In this document: positions 18,388 to 28,506 of the stretch, piece by piece
How the letters are laid out: each line of letters begins with the position of its first letter
Position numbering within the stretch: position 1 is the first letter of the stretch
Source of the DNA: an uncultured Staphylococcaceae bacterium
GTDB taxonomy: Bacteria > Bacillota_I > Bacilli_A > RFN20 > CAG-826
Reading direction: 5' to 3'
DNA: 64,000 nucleotides
Assembly (NCBI GenBank): GCA_964608215.1
Contig: CAZSMV010000002.1
Location: 1,913 to 65,912 of the forward strand
Made by a program: the position numbers and the translations under genes
Notes under the pieces: generated by a model
Told to the model about the DNA's origin: nothing
Database searches by the model: none
Seen by the model: only the letters and a program-made list of their open reading frames with translations

Positions 18388-19530
18388 CTATTTAGTATTA
18401 TAAGCTTGTAAATATATTTCTCTTTCTTCTTTACTTAGACCTGCATGAGCACCTTTAAATGGATGAGAGCAAGTAAATTTATCCATTAAACTATATTCAT
18501 CAAGAGAAATTAATATGTAATCGCCAATTGTTTCTAGAGCAATTGGATTAATATTTTCACTATATCCAAAGTAATGTTTTTTTAGTACTTCATCTTTTGT
18601 TAAAAGTATGAAATGTTCATTTAAAAGGGGGTTTGATTTATAAATTTCTAAGAATTTTTCTTTGTCTCTTACAAAGAAAGAGGCAAATCTTCCTTCAATA
18701 GCAATAAGTGGTCTTTTAAGTGTTTCTACAAATCCTGGAATATTTTCAATATTAAATTGTTTAACATCAATCATTCCGTGATCGCTAATACATAAAAATA
18801 AAGTATCAGGATGTTTTTTCACTAAAGTTTCAATCGTTTTATTGATCCAAATTATAACTTTTTTAACATGTTTATTTTTAACTCCATATTCATGCATTAA
18901 TGAGTCTGGATAAACATTATAAGCATATGTAAATAAATTCTTTGAAATTGATTTATCAACTTCTTTTGCCCAAGCGTCATTAACTTGTTCGATAGTCATC
19001 CCTTCTTTTTTATAAGAAAAAGATTGAACTGATTTTGAAACTTCTTTTCCATATTTATCGTTCAAATCATCAAAAATATATCTTGTTTTTAATATAGTTT
19101 CTTGAATATCAACTCCAATTTTTTTAGTTGAATTATCTAAAGAGGTTTCATCTTTCTCAGTGGATGGAAAAACATCAACAAATTTGTCTAAGCTTTTAAA
19201 GTATTGAGTCCAGCCTAAATACCCAGTTTCAATAGGATATTTACCAGTTGTAACTGCGGTAGTACATGCAACTGTTGTAGGAGGAAAAACACTACTAATT
19301 TCTAAAAATTTATGTTTGCACATAAATGGTGCATCATTTTTATATTTCTCTAAAATAGATTTACCAAAGGCATCAAATAAAAACAAACATATTTTTTCTT
19401 TTTTAGAATTTTTAATTAATTTATCTATTTCAGGAATTGAATCATGATACGTCTTACATCCAAAGTGTTTCAAAATTGAATTTGCAAGATTCACGAGTGA
19501 TTTTTCTTCGTTTAATTCTATATCTTCCAT
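18388..19530 (-). CDS. Alkaline-phosphatase-superfamily protein (type I phosphodiesterase/nucleotide pyrophosphatase-like)
   Basis: Motifs are LFLFDAFG, SVFPPTTVACTTAVTTGKYP (the nucleophile Thr region) and CISDHGM. Confidence 0.65.
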   Translation of the reverse strand: MEDIELNEEKSLVNLANSILKHFGCKTYHDSIPEIDKLIKNSKKEKICLFLFDAFGKSILEKYKNDAPFMCKHKFLEISSVFPPTTVACTTAVTTGKYPIETGYLGWTQYFKSLDKFVDVFPSTEKDETSLDNSTKKIGVDIQETILKTRYIFDDLNDKYGKEVSKSVQSFSYKKEGMTIEQVNDAWAKEVDKSISKNLFTYAYNVYPDSLMHEYGVKNKHVKKVIIWINKTIETLVKKHPDTLFLCISDHGMIDVKQFNIENIPGFVETLKRPLIAIEGRFASFFVRDKEKFLEIYKSNPLLNEHFILLTKDEVLKKHYFGYSENINPIALETIGDYILISLDEYSLMDKFTCSHPFKGAHAGLSKEEREIYLQAYNTK

Positions 19531-19609
19531 TTATTTAGACCTACTTTCTTTGCTTTAAATATGATAACATTTTTAAAAGGAATATTCTTGTTAAAGGATT
19601 ATAAATTAT

Positions 19610-20584
19610 ATGAAAATTGGCTTTATTGGTTGTGGGAAAATGGCTGAAAAAATGGCTTTAGTTGTCAAAAATTTAAAAGACTATGAACTTTATGCATGCG
19701 CAGCTAGAGATTTAGCCAGAGCCACAAATTTTAAAAATAAATATGGTTTTAAAGTTGCTTATGGGAATTATGAGGAACTTGTTAAAGATAAAGAAGTAGA
19801 TTTAGTTTATATTTCAGTTGTAACTAAAGCTCATTATGAAACAATGATGCTATCTATTAAAAATCATAAATGTGTTGTTTGTGAAAAACCTTTTACAGTT
19901 AATTCAATTGAATCTAAAGAAGTTATTCAAGAAGCAAGGAAAAATAAAGTATTTTTAGCAGAAGCTATTTGGACTAGATATATGCCGATTAAAAATAAAA
20001 TTATTAAAGAACTTGATAATCTAGCAATTGGAACACCATATTTATTTCTTGCAAAAATTGGTTACAAAATTTTTGATAATGAAAGAATGCAAGATCCTAT
20101 GGGAGGTGGGGTCTTACTTGATTGTGGTGTTTATCCAATTAATTTTGTAAGAATGTTTGCAAGAAAGAGCATGCGTGAATTTGAAGCAAATTGTACTTTA
20201 ACAAGTAGCGGCGTAGATGATTTAGATATGATTAGATTTAAACTTAATGATGCCACTCATGCACTTCTAATGAATACTATGCGTTCAAATATAGATTTAT
20301 CGGCATATATTTACGGAACTAATGGATATATGAAATTTGATAATGTAAATAACCCAAAAAGAGTAGAAATTTATTCAAATGATAGACCTCCTAAATTTAT
20401 TAAAGCAATTGAAGCTAATAAAGAATTAACAGGGTATGAATATCAATGGATTGAATTTTATGAATGCATTAAAAAAGGCATGATTGAATCACAATCAATG
20501 CCTTTAGATGAAACTCAATACATTATGGAATTGCTAGATTCAATTAGAGATAAGGCTGGAATTAAGTTTAGTAATGAAAGATAA
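19610..20584 (+). CDS. Gfo/Idh/MocA family oxidoreductase
   Basis: It has an N-terminal Rossmann motif IGFIGCGKMA and the family EKP motif (CEKPFTV). Confidence 0.8.
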   Translation: MKIGFIGCGKMAEKMALVVKNLKDYELYACAARDLARATNFKNKYGFKVAYGNYEELVKDKEVDLVYISVVTKAHYETMMLSIKNHKCVVCEKPFTVNSIESKEVIQEARKNKVFLAEAIWTRYMPIKNKIIKELDNLAIGTPYLFLAKIGYKIFDNERMQDPMGGGVLLDCGVYPINFVRMFARKSMREFEANCTLTSSGVDDLDMIRFKLNDATHALLMNTMRSNIDLSAYIYGTNGYMKFDNVNNPKRVEIYSNDRPPKFIKAIEANKELTGYEYQWIEFYECIKKGMIESQSMPLDETQYIMELLDSIRDKAGIKFSNER

Positions 20585-20592
20585 AGATAGTT

Positions 20593-21519
20593 TTATTTAT
20601 AGAAACTATCAAAATATTTCATTTCTGAACCAACTTTAAAACCATTATGATTTATTTCATCAAATATTGTGTTCACAAAAGTTGGTTTTTCTTTACCTTT
20701 AAGAATATTATCAAAAATTTTAAAATCTTTTTTGAATTCAAGAAGTGCTGTATCAAATAATTCATAAAAATCTTCTTTTCTTTCGTTTTTATTTGTTACA
20801 CAATCTTTCCAAACTTTATGATTTAAATTCAAAAAATCTAATTTAATATCTTTTAGTTGTGGTTGACACATTGGCGAAGCAGGAGTAAAACCAAGGTGTT
20901 TATCGAAGAATTGTTTCTTTTTACCGTTTTTATCAAATAAGAACTTATTTACAAATTTCATAGATTTTGTGGCTTTATAGAAACTATTTACTTTAATATA
21001 TTTATTTTTATAACAGCCTTTTCCTAAGCTATAAATCATTTTTGAAACAATTTTTAAATCTTTTTTATTGAATCTTAATGCTTCATAAGTTTTAGTAGAA
21101 TTTTTAAAATGATCCATAATTAAGACATCAATTCCAGATTCGATATTGGCATGATTTTTAAAATATTTAAATTTATTATTATCTTTTTGAGTAACGAACC
21201 CAGATTTATAAAATATATATGGATGACAGTTTTTATCTAAAATATAATGAGCAAGCATTCCTTTAAGATAATTAATTAAGATTGGTTGTTCGCTTTTATT
21301 ACTTCCTAAAATATATTCGAGCAAATATTTAAAAGTTATAGCTGGATCTTGTTTATGTAAAAAAGTCCCAAAAGCTCTTAACTCTCTTGCTCTTTTAGTG
21401 ATTCTTATTGCATTACCATAGTAGAAGAAAGGATCTGGACCTTGCGTTCCAATAATTCCAATATCTTCATTGTTGTTTATTGTTTTATAAAAAACATAGT
21501 GCGTTAATAGTGATGGCAT
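20593..21519 (-). CDS. Zinc-dependent phospholipase C-like family protein (function uncertain)
   Basis: The N-terminus MPSLLTHYVF, GTQGPDPFFY and LAHYILDKNCHPYIF resemble the His-rich motifs of this family as I recall them. Confidence 0.45.
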   Translation of the reverse strand: MPSLLTHYVFYKTINNNEDIGIIGTQGPDPFFYYGNAIRITKRARELRAFGTFLHKQDPAITFKYLLEYILGSNKSEQPILINYLKGMLAHYILDKNCHPYIFYKSGFVTQKDNNKFKYFKNHANIESGIDVLIMDHFKNSTKTYEALRFNKKDLKIVSKMIYSLGKGCYKNKYIKVNSFYKATKSMKFVNKFLFDKNGKKKQFFDKHLGFTPASPMCQPQLKDIKLDFLNLNHKVWKDCVTNKNERKEDFYELFDTALLEFKKDFKIFDNILKGKEKPTFVNTIFDEINHNGFKVGSEMKYFDSFYK

Positions 21520-21528
21520 AGTAATCCT

Positions 21529-22926
21529 CTAATCGTTATCTAAAGCTTCAAAACCTTTTTTATTGTTTTCTTCTTTAGGTTTAACATTTGTAATAAACAT
21601 AAAGACAATTAAGGCTAAAGCAAAGAGAATTGTACTATATGGGAATAAGGCTTTTCTACCAAAATCAGTAAATGACATAATAGCACCAATTGCAATAGGC
21701 GTAACTGTTTGGGCAAGCATACTTGCAGTGTAGTAATAACCAGTAAATTTACCAATTTTTGAATTTGGTGAAAGTTCAACAACCATTGGATAACTTGCAA
21801 CATTTATTAAAGCCCATCCTATACCAGCAATAACAAATAATACCCAAACAACATATTGTTTCCATGTAAGATAATCGCCTGGTTGATTAATAAAACACAT
21901 TACAACCATGCAAACTAAGCAACATAAAATCCCTATAGCAATTGTATACTTTCTTCCAATTTTATTAGATAACATACTTCCAGGAATAAATGTGATTAAA
22001 CTTGCAATAACAAGAATTGTGGTTGGAATGGAATATTGAGATTCTGCAACTCCAATTGTTTGTGTGCAATAAATTGACCAGAATGTTTCGACTGAATTGA
22101 AGGCCATAAACCATAAGAAAACAGAAAGTAAAATTAAAATTAAATCTTTCTTATTTTTCTTAGTCATTGGTGCATCTTCTTCGACTTTATCGGCTGTTGT
22201 AGCCAATTCTTCTCCTCTTTTCATTTCTGATTGCATCTCTTCTAAAATTTTATTTTCTTTAATTGTTAAAACTAGAATAATTAAAGCAATAACCATTAAT
22301 ATAGAGACCAAAATGAATGGAAGGATAATTTGCCAATTTACCATGGTATTTCTATAATTTCCATCATCATACTTAGGAATTTTAAAAGCTTTTACAAAAT
22401 AAAGTGCTCCGCCGCAAATTGCGCCGATATATCCAACAAAATTAATAATACCATTACCAGTGCTTCTTAGTGGCTTTGGAGTGATATCAGGCATTAAGCT
22501 TACAGCTGGTCCTCTATATAAATACATAAAGATAAGAACACAAGCCATAGAAATAACTACGCCAACAAGACTATTTAATACAAAAGAAATAGCAATAAAT
22601 GGGAAAGTTATAACTGATAAGATTGTTCCAACAATAATGTAAGGCATTCTTTTTCCAAGTTTAGTTCTTGTTTTATCACTAAGTCTGCCTGTAAGAGGAA
22701 TCATAAATATGGCTACTAAATTATCAAGAGCCATGATAATTCCTACAATATAGTCATAATCTGATTCTGACTTTCCTGGCAAATAATCTCTTAATAAGTA
22801 ATTAAGCATGATAGGACATTGGCTATTATAAACTTGCCAAAGAAGCAAAATCGTAAAGAAACATAAACCAATAATAAAGGTTCGCTTATAGTTGAGCTTT
22901 AATGGTTTTTCGTTAGTTTGTTCCAT
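21529..22926 (-). CDS. MFS transporter (GPH/SLC45-like)
   Basis: It has 12 predicted helices and GRLSDKTRTKLGKRMPYII after TM2. A charged central loop is present. Confidence 0.8.
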   Translation of the reverse strand: MEQTNEKPLKLNYKRTFIIGLCFFTILLLWQVYNSQCPIMLNYLLRDYLPGKSESDYDYIVGIIMALDNLVAIFMIPLTGRLSDKTRTKLGKRMPYIIVGTILSVITFPFIAISFVLNSLVGVVISMACVLIFMYLYRGPAVSLMPDITPKPLRSTGNGIINFVGYIGAICGGALYFVKAFKIPKYDDGNYRNTMVNWQIILPFILVSILMVIALIILVLTIKENKILEEMQSEMKRGEELATTADKVEEDAPMTKKNKKDLILILLSVFLWFMAFNSVETFWSIYCTQTIGVAESQYSIPTTILVIASLITFIPGSMLSNKIGRKYTIAIGILCCLVCMVVMCFINQPGDYLTWKQYVVWVLFVIAGIGWALINVASYPMVVELSPNSKIGKFTGYYYTASMLAQTVTPIAIGAIMSFTDFGRKALFPYSTILFALALIVFMFITNVKPKEENNKKGFEALDND

Positions 22927-23230
22927 ATAAAATATCTCCCAAAATATGTATATATTTTAGACTAAAAGGCATGAGTAATGCACTAAAAAACCATACATGA
23001 AAAATAATATTGTGCTTTAATTTGCTATCTTTTGAATTTTCTAATAATACTGATTCAATGAAATACATAATTAAGCCTCTTATTAGAAAAATTTTAAATT
23101 TATTAATTTTATAAACTCATTTTAGATGTTAATTTGCATAAAATTTATGCTGTAGTTTCAAATTAATTAAGCGACTTAAAAAATATTTTCTAATAATCGA
23201 AATATTATTTATAATTTTAGTGGTCATCTT

Positions 23231-24154
23231 ATGATTTTATTATCAAATCTAGAAATAACCTTAATTTGGATTTTTTCAATTTTAGGTTTTTTAATAATAT
23301 TTTATTTTTTAATATCTTTTGTGATTATGTTTTTAATATCACATCCTAAAAAGTTGTCTTTAAAAGATGCATATGATGTCGATGCTAAAAAAGGCCTTAT
23401 CCCTAAAGAAATGCCAGACTTTAAAAGAGAAAAAATTAAAATTAAAATGAGAGATGGAACAATAATTAATGGAGATTTCTCAATTAATGACGACAATAGA
23501 AAAATAATGATTTTTGCTCATGGTTATACCTGGAACAGAAATGGGCAATTAAAATATGCACAATTCTTTTTTAAATATGGTTTTTCGATTTTGCTTTATG
23601 ATGAAAGAGGTCATGGTGAAAATAAAACTAAATTTACAACTTTTGGTTATAAAGAGGGGAAAGATCTTGATGATATTATTAAATGGGTAAAAGAAAAATA
23701 TAATCCAAAAATTATAGGCCTTCATGGTGAAAGTTTAGGCGCAGCAACTGTTTTGATGTCCTTAAAAGAAAATCCTGATATTAGTTTTGCTATAGAAGAT
23801 TGTGGATATTCAAATATGAAAGATGTTTTAGTTCATAAGATGAAAGAATTTCACATACTTAGATTTTTCTTATTCGGAATAAATTTATTTTTAAAATTAA
23901 TTTTACATTATTCTATTTATGATGTTTTGCCTTATGAAGGTTCATTGAAATCAAATATCCCATTATTAATAATTCATGGAAATGATGATAAATATATAGA
24001 TGTTAAACATGCTTATAAGATTTACAAAGTAGGTAAAGGACATTCAGAAATAAAGATAATTAGTGGAGCTGATCATGCATTATCTTACGAAACGGACCCA
24101 ACTTTTTATGAGAACATTTGTATTGATTTCATAAAAAGAAATATAAATTTATAA
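23231..24154 (+). CDS. Membrane-anchored alpha/beta hydrolase
   Basis: It has an N-terminal TM helix, an HG oxyanion motif (FAHGY), a nucleophile elbow GESLG and a C-terminal HG..D/H region. Confidence 0.75.
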   Translation: MILLSNLEITLIWIFSILGFLIIFYFLISFVIMFLISHPKKLSLKDAYDVDAKKGLIPKEMPDFKREKIKIKMRDGTIINGDFSINDDNRKIMIFAHGYTWNRNGQLKYAQFFFKYGFSILLYDERGHGENKTKFTTFGYKEGKDLDDIIKWVKEKYNPKIIGLHGESLGAATVLMSLKENPDISFAIEDCGYSNMKDVLVHKMKEFHILRFFLFGINLFLKLILHYSIYDVLPYEGSLKSNIPLLIIHGNDDKYIDVKHAYKIYKVGKGHSEIKIISGADHALSYETDPTFYENICIDFIKRNINL

Positions 24155-24170
24155 AGGAGTAAATAATTTT

Positions 24171-25652
24171 ATGGAAAATGTATCAAAGGGTTGTAGAGAA
24201 GAAAAAGTTAAGACATCTTCTGCAGTATGGCTTGGCGCAGCTAATGCTGGTACTGGTCTTCTTTGTGCATTTAGTGAAGGCGCTGCATTCCAATATTTAT
24301 TTGTTAATAAGTTAGGATTAAGCACTGCATTAAATACAATTGTTTGGATTATTTTTGGCATTTGGAATGCAATAAATGATCCAATTTATGGTTTTTTAGC
24401 TGACAGAACTAAATCTAAACTTGGAAGACGTATTCCTTGGATTAGATACGGAGCACCAATTATGGCAATCTTATTTGCTGTTATGTGGTTGCCTGTTTTG
24501 CAAACTGGTCAAATGTCTCAAGGATTATTATTTTGCGAAGAATTGATCGGTTTATTTTTATATGACATAGTCTATACTGCAATTGCCTCTGCAATTTATG
24601 TTATGCCTTATGAAATGGCAGTTACTAATAAAGCAAGAAATAAAATATTCTTATTTAATATCTTATTTTCATTAGTGAATTATGGCGCACCAATGGTATT
24701 AAATTCACAACTTGATAAATTGATTGAACATAATGCAACAACTTTACCACTTATAATGGCTGTTGCTGGTCTAGTTTGTGGTGGTATTGTTTTTGCTTCA
24801 ACGTTCTTCTATAAAGAAAATGGTTATATTGTTGAAGAAAAACAACCTAAATTCTTTGAAGGTTTAAAACTTTGTTTAAAAAATAAATCATTCTTATTAT
24901 TTGAAGTTATTTCTTGGACAATTATTTTTGCTCAAAATGCTTTGATGGTTGGCTTAACTTATGTTTCAGGAATGTGGGCAATTGAAGGATCTGGGAATGG
25001 TTGGATTGGTGGAACATCGATTATTGTTTTATATGGTGCACTGTTATTAGGGTTGATTGTAGGAATTTTATTCTTTAATTTTACACGATCAAAACTTGGT
25101 GTAAGAACTGAAATGCTTATAATGACTGGAGTTATGGGAGTAGGTTGTTTACTAGGCGCCTTCTTAGGGCAATATTTCTATATTTGTATGTTTACTTTCT
25201 TATGTTGTGGTGTTGGTCTTGCTGGTGGTTTATATTTAATTCCAATGATTAATGGTGATGTTATTGATAAAGATGAAGCAGATAATGGAACACGTAGAGA
25301 AGGTGTTTATGCAGGAATTAATTCATTAATTACAAAACCTGCTGGAAGTATTGCAAATGCTTTATTCCCTGCAATGATTGTTGGTTTATTTGGATTCCAA
25401 ATGGATTTAAAGAAAATTGAAAATGGGAATGAAGTTATTGATTATGCTAATCAAACAATGAGTGCCAAAAATGGTTTATTCATGTGTTGGTTTTTGATAA
25501 CTGGTGTTTTATTAATTCTTTCATTTGTTGCTATGTGGTTTTATCCACTTCATGGAAAAGAATGGGATGAAACTAAACATCAATTAGCTATTAAACATAT
25601 GGAAAAGCAAAAAGAATATGAAGAAAAGATGTTAGCAAAGAAAGAAGCATAA
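24171..25652 (+). CDS. Glycoside-pentoside-hexuronide (GPH) family cation symporter
   Basis: DPIYGFLADRTKSKLGRRIPWI is the GPH signature loop. The protein is polytopic. Confidence 0.8.
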   Translation: MENVSKGCREEKVKTSSAVWLGAANAGTGLLCAFSEGAAFQYLFVNKLGLSTALNTIVWIIFGIWNAINDPIYGFLADRTKSKLGRRIPWIRYGAPIMAILFAVMWLPVLQTGQMSQGLLFCEELIGLFLYDIVYTAIASAIYVMPYEMAVTNKARNKIFLFNILFSLVNYGAPMVLNSQLDKLIEHNATTLPLIMAVAGLVCGGIVFASTFFYKENGYIVEEKQPKFFEGLKLCLKNKSFLLFEVISWTIIFAQNALMVGLTYVSGMWAIEGSGNGWIGGTSIIVLYGALLLGLIVGILFFNFTRSKLGVRTEMLIMTGVMGVGCLLGAFLGQYFYICMFTFLCCGVGLAGGLYLIPMINGDVIDKDEADNGTRREGVYAGINSLITKPAGSIANALFPAMIVGLFGFQMDLKKIENGNEVIDYANQTMSAKNGLFMCWFLITGVLLILSFVAMWFYPLHGKEWDETKHQLAIKHMEKQKEYEEKMLAKKEA

Positions 25653-25684
25653 AATTTCATCATATTTCTATTAGATTAAAAACA

Positions 25685-25720
25685 TGTGCACAAAACTGTA
25701 ATTTAAAAGTTTTGTGCACA
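25685..25720 (+). terminator. Hairpin terminator after the GPH transporter gene
   Basis: A 12-bp stem TGTGCACAAAAC/GTTTTGTGCACA with a weak U-tract. Confidence 0.5.
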
Positions 25721-25768
25721 TTAATGGATAATTTTGATATATTTTGATTTTGTGCAATATCGATTTAT

Positions 25769-25797
25769 TTGATTTTGATTTGCATATTCTTTATAAT
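25769..25797 (+). promoter_or_regulatory. Promoter of the rimP-nusA-infB operon
   Basis: TTGATT, a 17-nt spacer and TATAAT (25792-25797). Confidence 0.6.
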
Positions 25798-25831
25798 GTC
25801 TTAGAAGATTGAAAATATCTTTACTCGAATA

Positions 25832-25860
25832 GAGTGCCGTAAGGGCATTCTTATTTTTTT
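25832..25860 (+). terminator. Leader terminator/attenuator upstream of rimP
   Basis: GAGTGCC-GTAA-GGCATTC (7 bp including one G-U pair, tetraloop GUAA) is followed by TTATTTTTTT and lies 16 nt before the rimP RBS. Confidence 0.55.
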
Positions 25861-25875
25861 AAAGGGAGGTAATGG

Positions 25876-26334
25876 ATGGAATCTTTAGAACAAATTAAGG
25901 TTCTAATCGAAGAATTATTAACTAAAGAAGGTTATTCACTTTATTCTTTAAAACTTAATAAAGGAAAGACTATGACCTTAGAAATTGTAATTGATCGAGA
26001 TGCACCAATTGGATTTGATGATATTGGTGTTATTTCTACAAAAATTTCTAATTTGTTAGATAATCATGACTTTACAAGCTCTAGTTATATGCTTGATGTT
26101 TCTTCGTTAGGCATTGAAAAACCAATAGATGTTATAAAACTTGAGAAATATAAAGATCAATACATTAATATTCATTTAACACACCCTTATAAAGGAGAAA
26201 GTTATCTCGAAGGAACTTTAGTCGATGTAAATGATAAAACAATCAAATTATTTTATTTTATAAAAGGAAAGAAAACTACAAGCGAAATAGAGCGTGAATA
26301 TATAGATAAAGCTCGATTAGCCATCAAATTTTAG
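25876..26334 (+). CDS. rimP: Ribosome maturation factor RimP
   Basis: Size, its position directly upstream of nusA and a RimP-like sequence (GYSLYSLKL...LEIVIDRD...). The RBS is GGGAGG. Confidence 0.85.
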   Translation: MESLEQIKVLIEELLTKEGYSLYSLKLNKGKTMTLEIVIDRDAPIGFDDIGVISTKISNLLDNHDFTSSSYMLDVSSLGIEKPIDVIKLEKYKDQYINIHLTHPYKGESYLEGTLVDVNDKTIKLFYFIKGKKTTSEIEREYIDKARLAIKF

Positions 26335-26359
26335 GTAAACTAGGAGAAAAAATAGGATT

Positions 26360-28228
26360 ATGGATTCAAAACAACAAAAACGTTTTCTTGCAGCAATGGA
26401 AGAAATGGTTGAAGAAAAAGGAATTAGTAAAGAAATAATTGTTGATGCAATTAGTGAAGCTTTTAAAGTTGCTTATAATAAAAAATTAAGTGATGAACTT
26501 TTAATTGTTCAAAAACCACTTAAATTAAAGAAAGTTAAAAAAATTAAAGATGAAGATGGAAACGTTGTTTCTAGTGAAAATTCAAAACTTGAAGATGCTT
26601 TAATTCGTTGTGATATTTCCTTAGAAAAAGGAAAAATCTTAACCTATAGACAATGGAAAGTTGTTAAAGATGAAGATTTAGTCGATGATTTTGTTGAAAT
26701 AAGCGAAGATGATGAAAGAGCAAAATCCAATAAATTGAAAGTTGGTGATTTTTACGAAGAACCACTTAGTTTTGATGATTTTTCAAAAGGCGATGTTAAT
26801 AGATTTATTAGCGCTTATCGTGCAAAAATCAACCAAGCTGAAAAAGAAAGTTTACTTCAATCATTTAGTGGAAAAATTGGAGAATTAATTAGCGGAACTG
26901 TCGAAAAGAGCGATGGACATTCTGTTTTAGTAAATCTTGGAAGAATTTCAATTACTCTTTATCAAAAAGATTTGATTGGCAAAGAAACATTTAAACCTGG
27001 TGATACTATAAAAATGTATGTTTGTGGTATTTCAAAAGATGATACAAAAGGTGGAAGTTTAATTCATTGCTCAAGATCTTGCCCAGAATATCTTGCAAAA
27101 ATTTTTGCTGATGAAGTCCATGAAATATATGACGGCACAGTTAAGATTGCAAAAATTGCTCGTATAGCGGGTATTAGAAGTAAAGTTGCGGTTTATAGTG
27201 AGGACCCAAATGTTGATGCTCAAGGCGCATGTATTGGGCAAAATGGTAATAGAATTCAAGCAGTTGTTGCAAATTTAGGTAACGATCGTTTTAGTAAAGA
27301 AAAAATCGATGTGATTCAATATAGTCCAATCACCGGTATCTTATTAAGAGAGGCTTTAAGACCTGGTGTTGTAATCGGTATACACATGGAAGAGACGACT
27401 GATGGTAAAAAGGTTGCCACTGCTGTTTGTGAGAATGAAACAGGTAGTGCTGCAATTGGTGTTAAAGGTACAAATGTTGTTCTAGCAAGACAATTGTGTG
27501 GTTTAAGTGAACTTATTGTTATTGATCAAAAAGTTGCTGAAGAAAGAAATCTTGATTTTGAACCAATGGCTGTATTTGAAGAACAAGCACATGAAATCGA
27601 AAAAGAACAATTCAGAATTACTTCTATGAAGAATGCGGAACTTAATGCAAATAAACCAATTATTGAAGAAGTTAAAGCTGTTGTTGGTGATGACGAACTT
27701 TTAGATAAAGAATTAGATCTTGAAGCTGAAGCTGAGTATGCAAAGATTAAGGCTGAAAAAGAAAAAGAGCCTGTAATCGAAGAAAAATCAGTTGAGGAAT
27801 CCCCAATTATTAAGGAAGAATCAAAAGAGGTCAAATCTGAATCTGTTGAAAAAGTATCTGAACATGAGGAAACTAAACTTGAGCCTGTTAAATTAAAGTC
27901 TGAAAAGAAAGTTTCTAAGAATGTTGATCTTAAACCTCAAGAAGTTAAAACAACAACTACGCTTGATGCTTTAGAAGCTTCGCTTGAAAAAGAAAAGCAA
28001 AATGAAAAACAACATGATTCAAAATTCAAAAAAGATAAAAAATCAGTTCATAAAGAGAAAGAAGATATCGAAGATATTAAGCCTATCATTGATGAATCAA
28101 ATAAGATGTCCATCTATACTGATGAAGAACTTGCAGAAATGGAAGATGAATTTGAAGACTATGATGAAGATCTTGAAGAAGATGAAGATTATTCAGAATA
28201 TGATAGTGATGAATATTACAGCAAATAA
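26360..28228 (+). CDS. nusA: Transcription termination/antitermination factor NusA with a long acidic/lysine-rich C-terminal tail
   Basis: It has an NTD, an S1 domain (GELISGTVEKSDGHSVLVNLG) and KH domains (GACIGQNGNRIQAV, GSAAIGVKGTNVVLA). About 230 aa of low-complexity K/E/D tail follow. Confidence 0.9.
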   Translation: MDSKQQKRFLAAMEEMVEEKGISKEIIVDAISEAFKVAYNKKLSDELLIVQKPLKLKKVKKIKDEDGNVVSSENSKLEDALIRCDISLEKGKILTYRQWKVVKDEDLVDDFVEISEDDERAKSNKLKVGDFYEEPLSFDDFSKGDVNRFISAYRAKINQAEKESLLQSFSGKIGELISGTVEKSDGHSVLVNLGRISITLYQKDLIGKETFKPGDTIKMYVCGISKDDTKGGSLIHCSRSCPEYLAKIFADEVHEIYDGTVKIAKIARIAGIRSKVAVYSEDPNVDAQGACIGQNGNRIQAVVANLGNDRFSKEKIDVIQYSPITGILLREALRPGVVIGIHMEETTDGKKVATAVCENETGSAAIGVKGTNVVLARQLCGLSELIVIDQKVAEERNLDFEPMAVFEEQAHEIEKEQFRITSMKNAELNANKPIIEEVKAVVGDDELLDKELDLEAEAEYAKIKAEKEKEPVIEEKSVEESPIIKEESKEVKSESVEKVSEHEETKLEPVKLKSEKKVSKNVDLKPQEVKTTTTLDALEASLEKEKQNEKQHDSKFKKDKKSVHKEKEDIEDIKPIIDESNKMSIYTDEELAEMEDEFEDYDEDLEEDEDYSEYDSDEYYSK

Positions 28229-28239
28229 AGGAATTTGAA

Positions 28240-28494
28240 ATGAAAAAAGTACCATTAAGAAAATGTTTAGCTACAAATCAAGTCTATCCAAAAGAAGAAT
28301 TGTTTCGTGTGGTTAAACAACCTAATGGTGAAGTAGTTTTAGATATAACTGGTAAACTCAATGGTAGAGGCGCTTATATTCATAGAAGCAATGAAGCTAT
28401 TGATAAAGCAAAAAAATCAAAATGTCTAGATAAGGCTTTAGAAACTTCTATTCCTGAAAAAGTCTATGACAAAATGATGTTTTACGTTAAATAA
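28240..28494 (+). CDS. ylxR: YlxR/RnpM family RNA-binding protein (DUF448)
   Basis: PLRKCLATNQV and GRGAYIH motifs, and its conserved position between nusA and infB. Confidence 0.85.
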   Translation: MKKVPLRKCLATNQVYPKEELFRVVKQPNGEVVLDITGKLNGRGAYIHRSNEAIDKAKKSKCLDKALETSIPEKVYDKMMFYVK

Positions 28495-28506
28495 GGAGGA
28501 AATTAA

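Noticed and set aside
27984-28238. 84-aa lysine-rich ORF, and the repetitive-looking K/E/D sequence in 27.6-28.2 kb, considered as a possible tandem repeat or separate gene.
   Set aside because: It is an alternative frame of the low-complexity NusA tail. There is no exact tandem repeat unit and no spacer/repeat periodicity.
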